From Erysipelotrichaceae bacterium (GTDB lineage Bacteria > Bacillota_I > Bacilli_A > Erysipelotrichales > Erysipelotrichaceae): a stretch of 64,000 bases of DNA. This document shows, in pieces, positions 53,088 to 62,849 of the stretch. Made by a program: the position numbers and the translations under genes. The notes below the pieces were generated by a model. It saw nothing but the letters and a program-made list of their open reading frames with translations, searched no databases and was not told the DNA's origin. How positions within the stretch are numbered: the first letter of the stretch is position 1; the number at the start of each line of letters is the position of its first letter. The stretch is taken from NCBI GenBank assembly GCA_017428765.1, contig JAFRQF010000018.1:55840-119839 (forward strand). The letters are read 5' to 3'.

Positions 53088-54992
53088 ATGAATGATGATT
53101 ACAGCAAAGCGAAAAGGATGGCTGACCGCAGTATCCGCCGTGCCGTTCTGCAAGGCAGGTATCCGTATCTTTCCGACCTTGATTCGAGACCGGGCATGAG
53201 CGATGTGCTTTCTTGCATCGACTTAGGCATCAAGGAGATCCCTTTGCAGCAGATCCGCGGCACGAAGACCAAGGGCAGACAGGGCGTCTTTTCCTATGAC
53301 TTTCTGCCATGCGCGGAAAAAGACAGCGAATTTGCGATGAAGTGGAATGCGGTCTATCGCTATCAGAGTGAAGAAGGCATCTCCGATCCGATCGAGGTCT
53401 ATGAGTACCTCCATGATTTTTATGTGGAAGAGGGAAACAAGCGGGTCTCCGTTTTGAAATATCTCGATTCGATCTCGGTGCGGGCCAGAGTCCGCCGTAT
53501 CGTTCCGGATGCCAAGACGCTGGAAGAAAATCCTGTCTATAAAGAGTTCCTGGATTTCTATAAGCTCTGTCCGCTCTATGAGATCGATCTGCATGAAAAG
53601 AATGCCTATCGCAAGCTCATCCGTCTTCTGAAGAAACCGGAAGACAGGCCGTGGGAGGAACAGGACGTCTCGCGCCTTCGTTCTTCCTTCTATATCTTTC
53701 AAAGGAATTATCTGAAGCTCGATTATGATCCCGACTATTGTGCGGATGCGTTCCTGCTGTATGTTTCGGCCTATGATTACGACAAGCTGTATTCACTTTC
53801 CGATCAGAAGCTCGGTGCACGGATCAAGGAACTCGACAAGGAACTGACGATCTTAGGAAAGGAAGAAAAGATCGAAGTCCTGCATAATCCGGTCAGTGAG
53901 AAGCAGCCGGTGATCGATCTCGATCCGCTGAATCTGTTACCTTTGTTAAGCGAGGAGAAGAAGCTTCGCATCGGGTTCATCTATGAAAATAAGATCGATG
54001 ACTCCTTCATCGATTTCGATCAGGAATTAGGAAGACTGCAGGTACAGGCCGATCTGGAAGATAAGATCTTTACCGTAAAGTACGAAGGTGCCGGAAAGGA
54101 TGAAGCATTGAAGGATGTGATCTTAGCTGCCACAAAAGAAAACGACGTCGTATTTACGACATCGCCTTTGCAGTTTGAAGAGACCTTCCGGGCTGCGATC
54201 AAAAACAAGGACGTCAGATATCTAAACCGTTCGGTCTATATGAAACAGAATGCCGTCCGCACCTATGAGGTAAGGATGTATGAAGCGCAGTTCTTATTAG
54301 GCCTGGTCGCTGCGATCTATGCGAAAGACCACCAGATCGGCTATATCGCCGATACGCCCAATTACGGCTCGATCGCTTCGATCAATGCCTTTGCGATCGG
54401 TGCTTCGATGGTCGACCCGGAGGCTAAGGTGTGGCTCGGCTGGACGGAAAGCTTGGACAGAGACTGGCAGGATCAGATGCGCCGCATCGGCATATCGACC
54501 TTCTGCGGTCCGCAATATCCCGACTTCACAAGAGATGATCTGCAGTACGGTCTTTACGTATTGAATGAAAAAGGTGCGGTCAATATCGCCCAGCCTCTGA
54601 TCAACTGGGGCACCTATTATAAAAAACTGATCACTTCGATCCTCGACGGAACCTACAGCAAGGCTTCCGCAAAAGACAAGGCAACCAATTACTGGTGGGG
54701 CATCTCTTCCGGTGTATTGGACATCCATCTTTCCGAGGAAGTCCCGTATCCGACCAAGAAACTGGTCTCCATGCTGAAGGATGCGATACGTAAGGAAAGC
54801 TTCGATCCGTTTGAAGGGGAACTGCGTTCCACCGAGAAACAGATCAAGGGACCGTTTTCTGCCAGACTGACCTATGAGCAGATCATCACGATGCACTGGC
54901 TCAACTCCAATATCATCGGTATCATTCCGGAGTATGGCCAGCTTTCCGATAAAGGCAAAGAGGTCTACGAGCTCACCGGTACCGGATCTTAA
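53088..54992 (+). CDS. Cytoplasmic fusion protein: N-terminal ParB/Srx-like domain plus C-terminal BMP (PnrA-like) periplasmic-binding-fold domain
   Basis: GGGAGG RBS before the ATG at 53088. No signal peptide. PIEVYEYLHDFYVEEGNKRVSVLKYL resembles the ParB N-terminal core. The C-terminal half (IGYIADTPNYGSIASINAFAIGASMVDPEAKVWLGWT) resembles BMP family proteins. Confidence 0.55.
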   Translation: MNDDYSKAKRMADRSIRRAVLQGRYPYLSDLDSRPGMSDVLSCIDLGIKEIPLQQIRGTKTKGRQGVFSYDFLPCAEKDSEFAMKWNAVYRYQSEEGISDPIEVYEYLHDFYVEEGNKRVSVLKYLDSISVRARVRRIVPDAKTLEENPVYKEFLDFYKLCPLYEIDLHEKNAYRKLIRLLKKPEDRPWEEQDVSRLRSSFYIFQRNYLKLDYDPDYCADAFLLYVSAYDYDKLYSLSDQKLGARIKELDKELTILGKEEKIEVLHNPVSEKQPVIDLDPLNLLPLLSEEKKLRIGFIYENKIDDSFIDFDQELGRLQVQADLEDKIFTVKYEGAGKDEALKDVILAATKENDVVFTTSPLQFEETFRAAIKNKDVRYLNRSVYMKQNAVRTYEVRMYEAQFLLGLVAAIYAKDHQIGYIADTPNYGSIASINAFAIGASMVDPEAKVWLGWTESLDRDWQDQMRRIGISTFCGPQYPDFTRDDLQYGLYVLNEKGAVNIAQPLINWGTYYKKLITSILDGTYSKASAKDKATNYWWGISSGVLDIHLSEEVPYPTKKLVSMLKDAIRKESFDPFEGELRSTEKQIKGPFSARLTYEQIITMHWLNSNIIGIIPEYGQLSDKGKEVYELTGTGS

Positions 54993-55714
54993 GAGAAGAG
55001 ATAGCCGATGAATGTACGTATCGTTTCGATGCGCCTGCTGTTGGCGATGATACAGAGATAGAGCTTTTCGGGAAAACCGGCATCTTTGATCATCTTCACA
55101 TCTGAGATGTCGATGCCGTTGCATACGGAAACGCTGGAAGAATCGACAGCCGTATCTTCGTCAAGCAGATGATCGATCCGGTTGTCGTTTGTAAGGATGT
55201 CGTTGTATGTGAGCTGCTCCTTCAGAGAAGTAAGCTGCTGCTTTGTTAACAGCTGCGTAAGATCATAAAGGTAGCCGCTGTTAGAAAGGATGTCATAGGC
55301 TTCTTTGTTGCATATGCAGATATCGAGCTTCTCCGCTTCGATCGATCCTAGGATCTTGATGCGGGAGGCGTAGGCGTATTGATTGTTTTCGGTACTTGCG
55401 TTGTCGGAAAGATAGAGTTCGTTGTAGATGAGGACTTCTTTCTTCTGTGGCTTGTCAAAGTGAAGTGTGAGGAAATCCTCATTGACACTCTTTTTGAAGT
55501 CTTCTCCTGCCGCTACGTTGATGAAGGCAAGATATAAGACCGGTTCTTTTCTGGTCACAGAAACATAAAGAAAATGTCCCAGTAAGATCAATACGACTAG
55601 TGGGACGATGATGTATGCCTTATAGTAGGAAAAGATGTAGGTCATCTTGTCCTGAAGATCCATCTTTTTAAAAGCTTCCCGATGGGAGGCTTTTTCTTTT
55701 TCCGAGAGTTTCAT
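54989..55714 (-). CDS. Hypothetical single-pass membrane protein
   Basis: The start at Met 55714 gives an ATGA overlap with the upstream YesL-like gene. One TM helix (YIIVPLVVLILLGHFLYV). Confidence 0.55.
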   Translation of the reverse strand: MKLSEKEKASHREAFKKMDLQDKMTYIFSYYKAYIIVPLVVLILLGHFLYVSVTRKEPVLYLAFINVAAGEDFKKSVNEDFLTLHFDKPQKKEVLIYNELYLSDNASTENNQYAYASRIKILGSIEAEKLDICICNKEAYDILSNSGYLYDLTQLLTKQQLTSLKEQLTYNDILTNDNRIDHLLDEDTAVDSSSVSVCNGIDISDVKMIKDAGFPEKLYLCIIANSRRIETIRTFIGYLFS

Positions 55715-56364
55715 TCTTTTTCCTTTTCTTCGGCCGGTGTCGTGACTAAGATCAGCAGTCGGTTGAGGATGTAGCAGCTGATCATTGCGCAAAGCCCTTC
55801 ACCGAAGACGATCAGCGGCATGAATACGGCGACTGCGCAATAGAACATCGCGAAATGGACGGCGAAGACCAAGATCGGGGCAAACAGATAATGCGTGCCG
55901 ATCAGAAAGGCGTTCTTGAACATGTTGGGCGTCGTGTTGATGACACTTGCTTCTAACGGGAAGATCATGAACAGAACGATGAGATAGATGATGATGGCAC
56001 CGATCAGGATGGCCAGCAGGATGGTCCAGAAGGCCGCCATCGGCATGGCTGTATTCAAGCGCAGATTGTAAAGCACATAGAAGTCAAAGGCCAGGAACAG
56101 GCCGATGCCTGACATGATCAGCCAGATCACAGTCGACTGTCTGAAGTTTTCTTTGAAGGCTTTGAAGAAGGTCTTTGTCACATTTCCTTCTTCGTTCCTT
56201 ATGATCTTCAGGCTCGTATAGTAAAGCGCTGTGGTTGCGGCACCGATCGTAAAGATCGGCAGACTGCAGATGAACCACAGGATGTTGAGATAGGAGCTGA
56301 AGACCAGTTTCATCAGCAGCTGGGTGAAACGGGAATCATAGGAAAAAAGATTCATAATAATCAA
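55711..56364 (-). CDS. YesL-like (DUF624) membrane protein
   Basis: N-terminal pattern F...L..L...LNILWFICSLPIFTIGAATTALYY typical of DUF624. Four-nt overlap with the LacI gene. Confidence 0.7.
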   Translation of the reverse strand: MIIMNLFSYDSRFTQLLMKLVFSSYLNILWFICSLPIFTIGAATTALYYTSLKIIRNEEGNVTKTFFKAFKENFRQSTVIWLIMSGIGLFLAFDFYVLYNLRLNTAMPMAAFWTILLAILIGAIIIYLIVLFMIFPLEASVINTTPNMFKNAFLIGTHYLFAPILVFAVHFAMFYCAVAVFMPLIVFGEGLCAMISCYILNRLLILVTTPAEEKEKE

Positions 56365-57407
56365 TCCTTTGTAGAAACGCGATAGATCAGATCGGATTCC
56401 GTATGGACACAGCGGTAATCCAAAGAAGGTTCCTTGATCCTGGACATCAGCAGGTGGATGGCTTCATAGGCCATGATCTGCGTATGTATGTGAATGGTCG
56501 TGAGCGGCGGCATCATGTGTCTGGATTCATGGGAGTCATCGAAACCGCAGAACAGTACATCTTCCGGGACACTGAAGCCGTTTTCGCGAAGCACATTGAT
56601 CGCATCGATCGCGACGAAATCGTTGGTGCAGATAAAGATTTCCGGAAGCGTTTTGAGCGAAAGCAGCTTTTCTTTGAAATCACTGGAGTGATTGGCATCC
56701 AGTATGTATTCCGGATCGATCGGCCGATCGTTCAAGTGCATCGCCATGCGGAAGGCATAATAGCGTTCAAAGAAGGACTGGCAATGGTATGGGTTTCCGA
56801 TGAATCCAAATTTCGTATAGCCTCTTTCCAGCATCTGTTCAACGAAACTCATGACCGGCGAGATGTTTTCCATGTAAAGCTGATCGGCCGGCAAGGAGCG
56901 TCCTTTCTTCTTGCATGGACCATCAACGAATAAGATCGGCACGCCAAGCTCACAAAGCATCTGGTCGTATTCGTAATCGAACATCTCGATACACATGATG
57001 GCTTTGGCCCTTTCGGGAACATAAGTGATCGGAAGAGACATCTGTCTGATGTTTTCTTCGTAGACCCGGTGAGTGTTCATCGTGTATCCCAGCTGTGAGA
57101 GTTCCCTTTGGAATTTATCGAGCATCAAAGAGGCGAAGTGGGATTGGGTAAGATACTGACCGGTAAACAAGGCGATCTCGCCCTGGTATTCCACAGCCGG
57201 CTGCCCTATTCCCGTATCGGAAGAAGAGAGCCCGGCAAGTGCTGCAACATAAGAAAACTGTTTATAATCCATTTCCACGGCTTTCTGAATGATCTTCTCT
57301 CGTGTTGCTGGAGCAAGACCTTCTGAGTTGTTGATCGCTTTAGAAACGGTATTGCGCGATACACCTAACTCATCTGCAATATCCTGTATCGTTACTTTCT
57401 TTCTCAT
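56361..57407 (-). CDS. LacI family transcriptional regulator
   Basis: N-terminal HTH VTIQDIADELGVSRNTVSKAIN and a periplasmic-binding-fold effector domain. Confidence 0.9.
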   Translation of the reverse strand: MRKKVTIQDIADELGVSRNTVSKAINNSEGLAPATREKIIQKAVEMDYKQFSYVAALAGLSSSDTGIGQPAVEYQGEIALFTGQYLTQSHFASLMLDKFQRELSQLGYTMNTHRVYEENIRQMSLPITYVPERAKAIMCIEMFDYEYDQMLCELGVPILFVDGPCKKKGRSLPADQLYMENISPVMSFVEQMLERGYTKFGFIGNPYHCQSFFERYYAFRMAMHLNDRPIDPEYILDANHSSDFKEKLLSLKTLPEIFICTNDFVAIDAINVLRENGFSVPEDVLFCGFDDSHESRHMMPPLTTIHIHTQIMAYEAIHLLMSRIKEPSLDYRCVHTESDLIYRVSTKD

Positions 57408-57500
57408 TATTTCTTCTCCATTCTCCTGCTTATTTTATCACATACGGTATATGTCTCAAAGTAACGAACGATAAAAAATTGTGCAAATGTAAATTTTTTT

Positions 57501-57514
57501 GTTAAGCGTTTTCA
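57501..57514. promoter_or_regulatory. cre-like / LacI-type operator candidate
   Basis: GTTAAGCGTTTTCA matches 12 of 14 positions of TGWAANCGNTNWCA. Lies in the LacI/ABC divergent intergenic region. Confidence 0.4.
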
Positions 57515-57607
57515 AAGTTTAACAAAGAATTGTAAAATGCACAAAAAAATAAGGGAAAATACACATTTTTAATGTTGAATATGTAAAATTCATTGTGCTA
57601 ATATAAA

Positions 57608-57643
57608 TGTGCAAAATCACGCATTCTGAATTGTGCAAAATCA
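57608..57643. repeat. Direct repeat TGTGCAAAATCA x2 (24-nt period), with degenerate copies upstream
   Basis: Exact 12-mers at 57608-19 and 57632-43. Related TTGTGCAAA occurs at 57479-87, inverted TGCACAAAA at about 57538-46, and TTGTGCTA at 57593-600. Confidence 0.6.
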
Positions 57644-57664
57644 TCATTATTTGAGGAGAGAAAA

Positions 57665-58609
57665 ATGAACAGGTCTTCAAACACCGCAACAGTCGGGAAG
57701 ATGAAGGGTGGCAAGCTGCATGAGACGCTGCTTTACATCAGGCAGCACTGGCAGCTTTATGTCATTTTCATACTTCCTGCTCTTCTGTTGACGATCATTT
57801 TCCGCTATGTCCCGATGGGAGGTGTCCTGATCGCATTCATGGAATACAACCCGATCAGAGGCATTCTGGGAAGTGAATGGGTCGGTCTGGATCACTTCAA
57901 CCGATTCCTGTCGTCACCGGACTTCCTTCGTTATCTGTCCAACACGCTGAAGCTTTCCATCTTCGGATTGTTATGGGGCTTCCCGGCTCCGATCCTGCTG
58001 GCCTTCTTGCTCAACAGGATCCTGTCCAAGAAGATCAAACAGAAGATACAGCTGGTACTGTACATGCCGAACTTCATTTCAGTCATCGTCTTGTGCGGTA
58101 TCGTCAGGATCTTGCTGTCACCGACCGGAATGATCAATCAGCTGCTGGGAACGCAGTATAACTTCATGACGATGCCTGCCGCATTCCGTACGATCTATAT
58201 CGCATCCGGTATCTGGCAAGGCGCAGGCTGGTCTTCCATCATTTACACGGCGGCATTATCCAATGCCTCCAAGGAACTGCAGGAAGCAGCCGTCATCGAT
58301 GGTGCCAACATCGTTCAGCAGATCAAAGCGGTGGAATGGCCTGCGATCAAGGATACGGTACTTATTCAGTTCATCATGTCTGTCGGTAACATCATGTCGG
58401 TCGGTTTCGAAAAAGCATATGCTTTGCAGACCGACCTGAACCTTGGTGCTTCCGAAATCATTTCGACCTATGTCTATAAAAAAGGTCTTCTCGATGGTGA
58501 CTACGGCTTCTCTACTGCCGTCGGTCTGTTCAACACCATCATCAATGTCATCCTTCTCATTTCGATGAATGCGATCGTTAAGAAGATGAATGACGGTAAA
58601 GGAGTTTAA
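57665..58609 (+). CDS. Sugar ABC transporter permease (LplB/YteP-like)
   Basis: Six TM helices. EAA-type loop (ELQEAAVIDGAN). Confidence 0.9.
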   Translation: MNRSSNTATVGKMKGGKLHETLLYIRQHWQLYVIFILPALLLTIIFRYVPMGGVLIAFMEYNPIRGILGSEWVGLDHFNRFLSSPDFLRYLSNTLKLSIFGLLWGFPAPILLAFLLNRILSKKIKQKIQLVLYMPNFISVIVLCGIVRILLSPTGMINQLLGTQYNFMTMPAAFRTIYIASGIWQGAGWSSIIYTAALSNASKELQEAAVIDGANIVQQIKAVEWPAIKDTVLIQFIMSVGNIMSVGFEKAYALQTDLNLGASEIISTYVYKKGLLDGDYGFSTAVGLFNTIINVILLISMNAIVKKMNDGKGV

Positions 58610-58612
58610 GCG

Positions 58613-59521
58613 ATGGAAAAAAGAAAACCAAAGAGCGAATTCGCGAAACTTCCTACTGAAGATAAGACTTTACTGATCATCGGCTATGTGATCCTGGGAT
58701 TGTTCATCGTAGCGATCATCTTACCGGTCGTCTACATCATCCTGGCTTCCTTCGTCGATCCGATCACCTTACAGAACAGCGGTCTGACTTTCGATTTCAG
58801 CAAGTGGACACTGATGGCATATGAAAGAGTCATGTCCAACAAGCAGATCTGGACAGGTTTCAGAAATGCTCTGTTCTACTCGATCGCCTTCACAGCGATC
58901 TCTACGGTCATCACACTGCTGGCTGCATACCCGATGTCAAGATCAGATTTCAAGGGACGCGGTTTCTTCAATCTGTTATTCGTCATCACGATGTACTTCG
59001 GCGGCGGATTGATCCCGACCTACTTACTGATCTCGGATCTGGGCATGCTGGATACGATCTGGGCGATCCTGATCCCGCCGGCATTCTCCGTCTGGAACAT
59101 GATCGTTGCCCGTACCTATTACCTGGGCATCCCGAAAGATCTGCAGGAAGCTGCTGAGATCGACGGTGCTTCGGAAATGGTCTACTTCTTCCAGATCCTG
59201 CTTCCGGTATGTATGCCGATCATCGCGACGATCGCCATGTGGCAGTTCGTCGGTATGTGGAACAGCTACTTCGATGCCATGATCTATCTCAACGATGAGG
59301 CCAAGAAGCCATTGCAGCTGGTCCTTCGTTCCATCCTTATCCAGAACCAGCCTGAACCGGGCATGGTCTCGGATATGCAGTCCACTGCGGCAAGAGCCCA
59401 GATGGCAGAATTACTGAAGTACGCGACCATCATCATCTCGAGCTTGCCTCTGATGATCATGTATCCGTTCTTCCAGAAGTACTTTGACTCCGGTATCATG
59501 GCCGGTGCGGTCAAAGGTTAA
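58613..59521 (+). CDS. Carbohydrate ABC transporter permease (LplC/YtcP-like)
   Basis: Polytopic. EAA loop DLQEAAEIDGAS. Confidence 0.9.
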   Translation: MEKRKPKSEFAKLPTEDKTLLIIGYVILGLFIVAIILPVVYIILASFVDPITLQNSGLTFDFSKWTLMAYERVMSNKQIWTGFRNALFYSIAFTAISTVITLLAAYPMSRSDFKGRGFFNLLFVITMYFGGGLIPTYLLISDLGMLDTIWAILIPPAFSVWNMIVARTYYLGIPKDLQEAAEIDGASEMVYFFQILLPVCMPIIATIAMWQFVGMWNSYFDAMIYLNDEAKKPLQLVLRSILIQNQPEPGMVSDMQSTAARAQMAELLKYATIIISSLPLMIMYPFFQKYFDSGIMAGAVKG

Positions 59522-59566
59522 TCAGGTCATTACAGTGAAAACTGTAGGATATAAAAGGAGAACACA

Positions 59567-61264
59567 ATGAAAAACACTCGCAAATTTCTGACGACTCTCC
59601 TGCTGTGCATCTTAACGATGTGCATGCTGGCGGGCTGCGGCTCCAAGGGCGGCGAAGGCGGCGGTGCTTCTGAATCTCAGGGCCTCGACGTTGATCCGGC
59701 TTCTCTGGCATTCCCATTAGCGGAAACTGCCACGATCGAAGGCATGACCAACTATCCGGCAAACACCGAATCCGAACCGAACAACAGAACGATCTTCAAG
59801 AGACTTGAAGAAAAGACCAATGTCCATGTCAATTGGACAGCGATCTCCGGCGATATCTGGGGCGACAAGATCACTCTTCAGATGTCCAACCTCAAGACGC
59901 TTCCTGAATTCATCTTCTCAGCAGGCTTCAATGATACCGATCTGCTCAAGTATGCGAAGCAGGGCGTTATCATCAATATTGAAGAATATATTGATAAATA
60001 TATGCCTAACTTGATGAAAGTCTTCGAACAGGCTCCGGAATATCGTGCAATGTGCACAGACGAAAACGGTCACATCTGGGCTCTGCCTTGGATCGAACAG
60101 TTAGGTTATGAAAAGACAGCTATCCAGACCATCGACAACATGCCGTTCATCAACAAGAACTGGCTGGATTTCTTAGGTCTGGAAGTTCCGACGACTGTCG
60201 AAGATTTCGAAAAAGTCCTGCTCGCTTTCCGCGACAACGCTGACAAGCTCAAAGCAGAATTCAATATTGACGGTGATGTCATTCCGATGTCCTTCATCAT
60301 CAACGACGGCGGCCAGGACCCGATGGTTCTGATCAACGGCTTCGGTGAAGGTTATGGCGATCCGGATAAGGGCAGACATATCGCTGTCACAGAAGACAGG
60401 AAAGTCATCTGTACTGCTCAGACGGAAGGCTTCAGAAAAGGTCTCGAATGGCTGCACAAACTCTATGAAGAAGATCTGATCGACAAGGATGCCTTCACGC
60501 ATGACTGGTCAACTTATGTTGCAAAGGGCAAATCCGGCAGATACGGTGTTTGCTTCTCATGGGACGTTGCCAACATCGTTCAGGTCTCCATGGATGATCT
60601 GATCGCCGGCAAGAGCTGGGTACCGATGCCGGTCTTAACAGCTGACACGAGAAACCTGACTCCGCAGAACGGTTCCTTCACTTCCGGTTTTGACAGAGGA
60701 CGCTGTGTCGTTACTGTCAAGGCCAAGAACCCTGCTCTGATCTGCGCATGGCTCGACCAGATGTATGATCCGATGCAGTCTCCGCAGAACAACTGGGGTA
60801 CTTACGGTGAAGATGATGATTTCGATATCTTCGAAATGTCCACCAACGCAAACGGCGAACCGATGCTGAAGCACGCTTGGTTAGGTGAAGCTTCTCCGGT
60901 CGAAGTCCGTGAAGCTGAATCTGTCAACGGTCCGTTAGCGATCTTAGACTCTTACTATGATGTCTACGTTACCTGCCCGGACGATGCACAGTACCGTCTT
61001 GACTGGATCAAAGAGATCTACACTCCGGATATGCATACGACTTATGTATTCCCGAATGTCTTCATGACGACTGATGATACCAAGCAGGTCTCTAACTTAC
61101 AGGCTGACGTCACTAAGGCGATCAACACTGCAAAGGCCAACTGGATCATGAACGGTGTCACAGATGCTGACTGGAACCAGCTGCAGGATGACCTTGCCAA
61201 GTACAAAGTCGATGAACTGCTCGGCATCTTCCAGAAGTACCTGGATGCTTACTACGCAAATTAA
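59567..61264 (+). CDS. Extracellular solute-binding lipoprotein (LplA-like, large SBP)
   Basis: Lipobox LAGCGS after a hydrophobic signal. 565-aa SBP typical of LplABC-type systems. Confidence 0.85.
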   Translation: MKNTRKFLTTLLLCILTMCMLAGCGSKGGEGGGASESQGLDVDPASLAFPLAETATIEGMTNYPANTESEPNNRTIFKRLEEKTNVHVNWTAISGDIWGDKITLQMSNLKTLPEFIFSAGFNDTDLLKYAKQGVIINIEEYIDKYMPNLMKVFEQAPEYRAMCTDENGHIWALPWIEQLGYEKTAIQTIDNMPFINKNWLDFLGLEVPTTVEDFEKVLLAFRDNADKLKAEFNIDGDVIPMSFIINDGGQDPMVLINGFGEGYGDPDKGRHIAVTEDRKVICTAQTEGFRKGLEWLHKLYEEDLIDKDAFTHDWSTYVAKGKSGRYGVCFSWDVANIVQVSMDDLIAGKSWVPMPVLTADTRNLTPQNGSFTSGFDRGRCVVTVKAKNPALICAWLDQMYDPMQSPQNNWGTYGEDDDFDIFEMSTNANGEPMLKHAWLGEASPVEVREAESVNGPLAILDSYYDVYVTCPDDAQYRLDWIKEIYTPDMHTTYVFPNVFMTTDDTKQVSNLQADVTKAINTAKANWIMNGVTDADWNQLQDDLAKYKVDELLGIFQKYLDAYYAN

Positions 61265-61286
61265 TCCGAAATAATGATCATTTTTT

Positions 61287-61312
61287 GCCCCGTCCTCGAA
61301 AGGGGGCGGGGC
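61287..61312 (+). terminator. GC-rich hairpin after the SBP gene (weak terminator or processing site)
   Basis: GCCCCG...CGGGGC stem. No clean U-run follows. Confidence 0.4.
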
Positions 61313-61359
61313 ACCCTTTCCTGATCTGAGAATATTCAGATCAATTAGAAGGAGAACAC

Positions 61360-62847
61360 ATGCCCAGCAAAGCACTATTAAAAGCAAGAAAATTCGAAAA
61401 GAAGTATTTACCTTTTACCAAAGAGGAACAGCCATGGTTTCATGTGACAGGCGGTATCGGCTGGATCAATGACCCGAATGGTTTTGCCCCATATAAAGGC
61501 GAGTATCATCTGTTTTTTCAATACTACCCCTATGACACGAAATGGGGGCCGATGCATTGGGGACATGTAAAAACCAAGGATTTCATCAAATGGGAACGGC
61601 TCCCGTGTGCGATGGCACCGGATACCGAATATGACCGTGACGGCTGTTTCTCCGGCGGTGCCGTTGAGATGGCAGACGGAAGACATCTTCTGATCTATAC
61701 CGGCGTCAGCACAAAAAGAAATCAAAACGGCAAGATCGAAGCCTTCCAGACGCAGTGTATCGCGATCGGGGACGGCGTCGATTATGAAAAGTATGAACTC
61801 AATCCGGTGATCGGTGCAGACCTGATCCCGGAAAAAGGCAGCGTCCATGATTTCCGTGATCCGAAGATCTGGAGGCAGGGCGATACCTATTACGTCGTCG
61901 TCGGCAACCGCGGCGAAGACGGTTCAGGAAACATCCTGATGTATGAAAGTGACGATGCGATCAACTGGAAATATGACGGCATCGTATCAAGTTCCCACAA
62001 CCAGTACGGCAGGATGTGGGAATGTCCGGACTTCTTCGAACTCGATGGCAAAGATGTGCTGTTCACCTCCCCGCAGGAGATGACGGCGATCGGTCTGGAG
62101 TTCCACCCGGGCAACGCAAACATATGCATCATCGGCAACTTCGACCGGAATACGCACCATCTCAACAGAGAAAGCGTTCAGGCGGTCGATTACGGTTTGG
62201 ATTTCTATGCCATGCAGACATTACAGACCTACGATGGCAGAAGAGTCATGATCGGCTGGATGCAGAACTGGGAGACTTCGTCTTCCAAAAATGAAGATCT
62301 GCAGTTCTGCGGCATGATGACCATTCCGCGTGAACTCAGCATACGCAACGGCAGACTTTGCCAGAATCCGGTCAGAGAGATCGAACAGTACCGCGGACTC
62401 AAGATCGATTACTACAACGTTCATATAAGCAACGAGACATCCCTTTACGGGATCAACGGCAACTGCATCGATATGACCGTCACGATCAAGCCGGGCAACG
62501 AAGATCACATGTACAAGTGGTTCAGGATCTATCTTGGCAAGGATGGCGAACACTATACCTTCGTCAGATACCGTCCGGACATCTCGACCATCAAAGTCGA
62601 CCGTACACGCTGCGGATTCCCGCATGATATCGTAAACATCCGTGAATTCCCGGTACGTCTGATCGACGGAAACCTCAAGATCCGTTTCATCATCGACCGT
62701 TACAGCATGGAAATGTTCGTCAATGACGGCGAACAGGCGGCATCCTTCATCTTATACACACCGATCAATGCGGAAGCGATCAGTTTCTATTGCGAAGGAA
62801 GCAGTGTCATCGATATCGAGAAATACGACCTCCTGAAAGGGGAATAG
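61360..62847 (+). CDS. GH32 beta-fructofuranosidase / sucrose-6-phosphate-hydrolase-like enzyme
   Basis: WINDPNG nucleophile motif, FRDP and WECPD motifs. No signal peptide. Confidence 0.9.
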   Translation: MPSKALLKARKFEKKYLPFTKEEQPWFHVTGGIGWINDPNGFAPYKGEYHLFFQYYPYDTKWGPMHWGHVKTKDFIKWERLPCAMAPDTEYDRDGCFSGGAVEMADGRHLLIYTGVSTKRNQNGKIEAFQTQCIAIGDGVDYEKYELNPVIGADLIPEKGSVHDFRDPKIWRQGDTYYVVVGNRGEDGSGNILMYESDDAINWKYDGIVSSSHNQYGRMWECPDFFELDGKDVLFTSPQEMTAIGLEFHPGNANICIIGNFDRNTHHLNRESVQAVDYGLDFYAMQTLQTYDGRRVMIGWMQNWETSSSKNEDLQFCGMMTIPRELSIRNGRLCQNPVREIEQYRGLKIDYYNVHISNETSLYGINGNCIDMTVTIKPGNEDHMYKWFRIYLGKDGEHYTFVRYRPDISTIKVDRTRCGFPHDIVNIREFPVRLIDGNLKIRFIIDRYSMEMFVNDGEQAASFILYTPINAEAISFYCEGSSVIDIEKYDLLKGE

Positions 62848-62849
62848 CT

